In this document: positions 63,270 through 64,000 of the stretch, one piece after another
How the letters are laid out: each line of letters begins with the position of its first letter
Position numbering within the stretch: position 1 is the first letter of the stretch
Assembly: GCA_963716725.1 (NCBI GenBank)
Contig: CAVQUB010000015.1
Location: 160,001-224,000, forward strand
Length of the DNA: 64,000 nucleotides
Direction of reading: 5' to 3'
Origin: an uncultured delta proteobacterium
GTDB lineage: Bacteria; Myxococcota_A; Polyangia; Polyangiales; Polyangiaceae
The notes under the pieces: generated by a model
Database searches by the model: none
What the model was told of the DNA's origin: nothing
The model's input: the letters and a program-made list of their open reading frames with translations, nothing else
Program-made: the position numbers and the translations under genes

Positions 63270-64000
63270 GGCCCCACGAGCCCCAGCCCGAGCGCCGCCG
63301 CGTAGCTGAGGCGTTCGAGGGTCCGGTGACCGAACTCCGAGCGCTTGCGGAGCGAGTTGTTGGCGAAGGTCTCGTCGAGCAAGATCCGGCGCTCGGGATC
63401 GACGATCGCGGCGATGACCTCTTCCTGCCCAGTCACGTCGATCGTGGTCCAGTCGTCGTCACCAGCCCAGCGCCGCCGCTCCGTCCGCCCGCCCTCGAAG
63501 ATCAGGTCGATATCGACGGGGAATCTCAGGCTGCCCTTTCTGCGAACGAGGGCGCGGCACGAACGGGCTTTTTGCTCGGTGCCTTGCTGGCGCGGCGCCA
63601 CGCAGTCGAGTTCGGCGAGCTCGTAGTCCACCCAGCCTTTGTCGAATAAGGCGGCTCTCAACGCGGCGTGGGCGTCGGGTCCCACCTGCCGGCGCACCTC
63701 CTCGAGGAAGCTCTTGGGCCCGGGATGCCCGAAGCGTTCGTTCTGGGTGTAGCTGGCAAAGGCCCGGTCGAGGGCCGAATGGCCCCACACGTTCCCGATG
63801 GTCTCGAGGGCGATGGCCGTGCGCGCGTAGACCAGCGCGCCGATGGAGTTGAAGCTCGCGAAGCGCGCTGCAGGTTGCGCAATGGGGTGATCGTGACCTG
63901 CCTGAACCGCGATGGCCCGTCGCGCCGCAGGACCGCTGACCCTCAGCCCGGCCAGCGAAGTCAGGGACCCTGAGCCGAAATGCGCCTCCATGGCGCGCAT
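63266..64000 (-). CDS. C-terminal part of a probable M1-family metallopeptidase, 5'-partial
   Basis: VYARTAIALETI..RFGHPGP..F..WVDY..FPV..VDPERRILLD..NN pattern. The HExxH motif would lie beyond the window. Confidence 0.65.
   Translation of the reverse strand: MRAMEAHFGSGSLTSLAGLRVSGPAARRAIAVQAGHDHPIAQPAARFASFNSIGALVYARTAIALETIGNVWGHSALDRAFASYTQNERFGHPGPKSFLEEVRRQVGPDAHAALRAALFDKGWVDYELAELDCVAPRQQGTEQKARSCRALVRRKGSLRFPVDIDLIFEGGRTERRRWAGDDDWTTIDVTGQEEVIAAIVDPERRILLDETFANNSLRKRSEFGHRTLERLSYAAALGLGLVGP

Overview
GC-rich (roughly 70% by eye) chromosomal segment. The gene repertoire (zinc-ribbon/GYF membrane protein, Hsp70 with a Pro-rich insert, REC-DUF4388 regulator, Ser/Thr kinase, many Cys-rich lipoproteins) suggests a myxobacterium, probably Polyangiales/Sorangium-like; this is inference. 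Housekeeping genes (fmt, lon, hom, murI, pyrR-pyrB, pabB/trpE-like, nikR, purH, rluA-family, argB, peptide ABC components) are interleaved with lineage-specific genes. I saw no rRNA, tRNA, CRISPR array, transposase or integrase. At least six genes carry single-base frameshifts, most likely assembly errors. Best leads: (1) an inositol-phosphate/CDP-alcohol cluster with an IPCT-like cytidylyltransferase fused to a HisC/CobD-type PLP enzyme behind a sigma54 promoter; (2) a ParA with tandem TRASH/MYM-like zinc fingers coupled to a small ribbon-helix-helix protein, near a MerR-HTH plus Zn-finger/sigma70-region-4 gene pair whose upstream region holds 10-bp and 55-bp direct repeats; (3) a SEL1-repeat lipoprotein with a stonustoxin/MACPF-like ATHVVx5GA motif; (4) a two-gene nucleotidyltransferase toxin-antitoxin-like cassette; (5) several apparent pseudoenzymes; (6) a recurrent leaderless-promoter signature. 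All functional calls rest on motifs read by eye; no searches were run.
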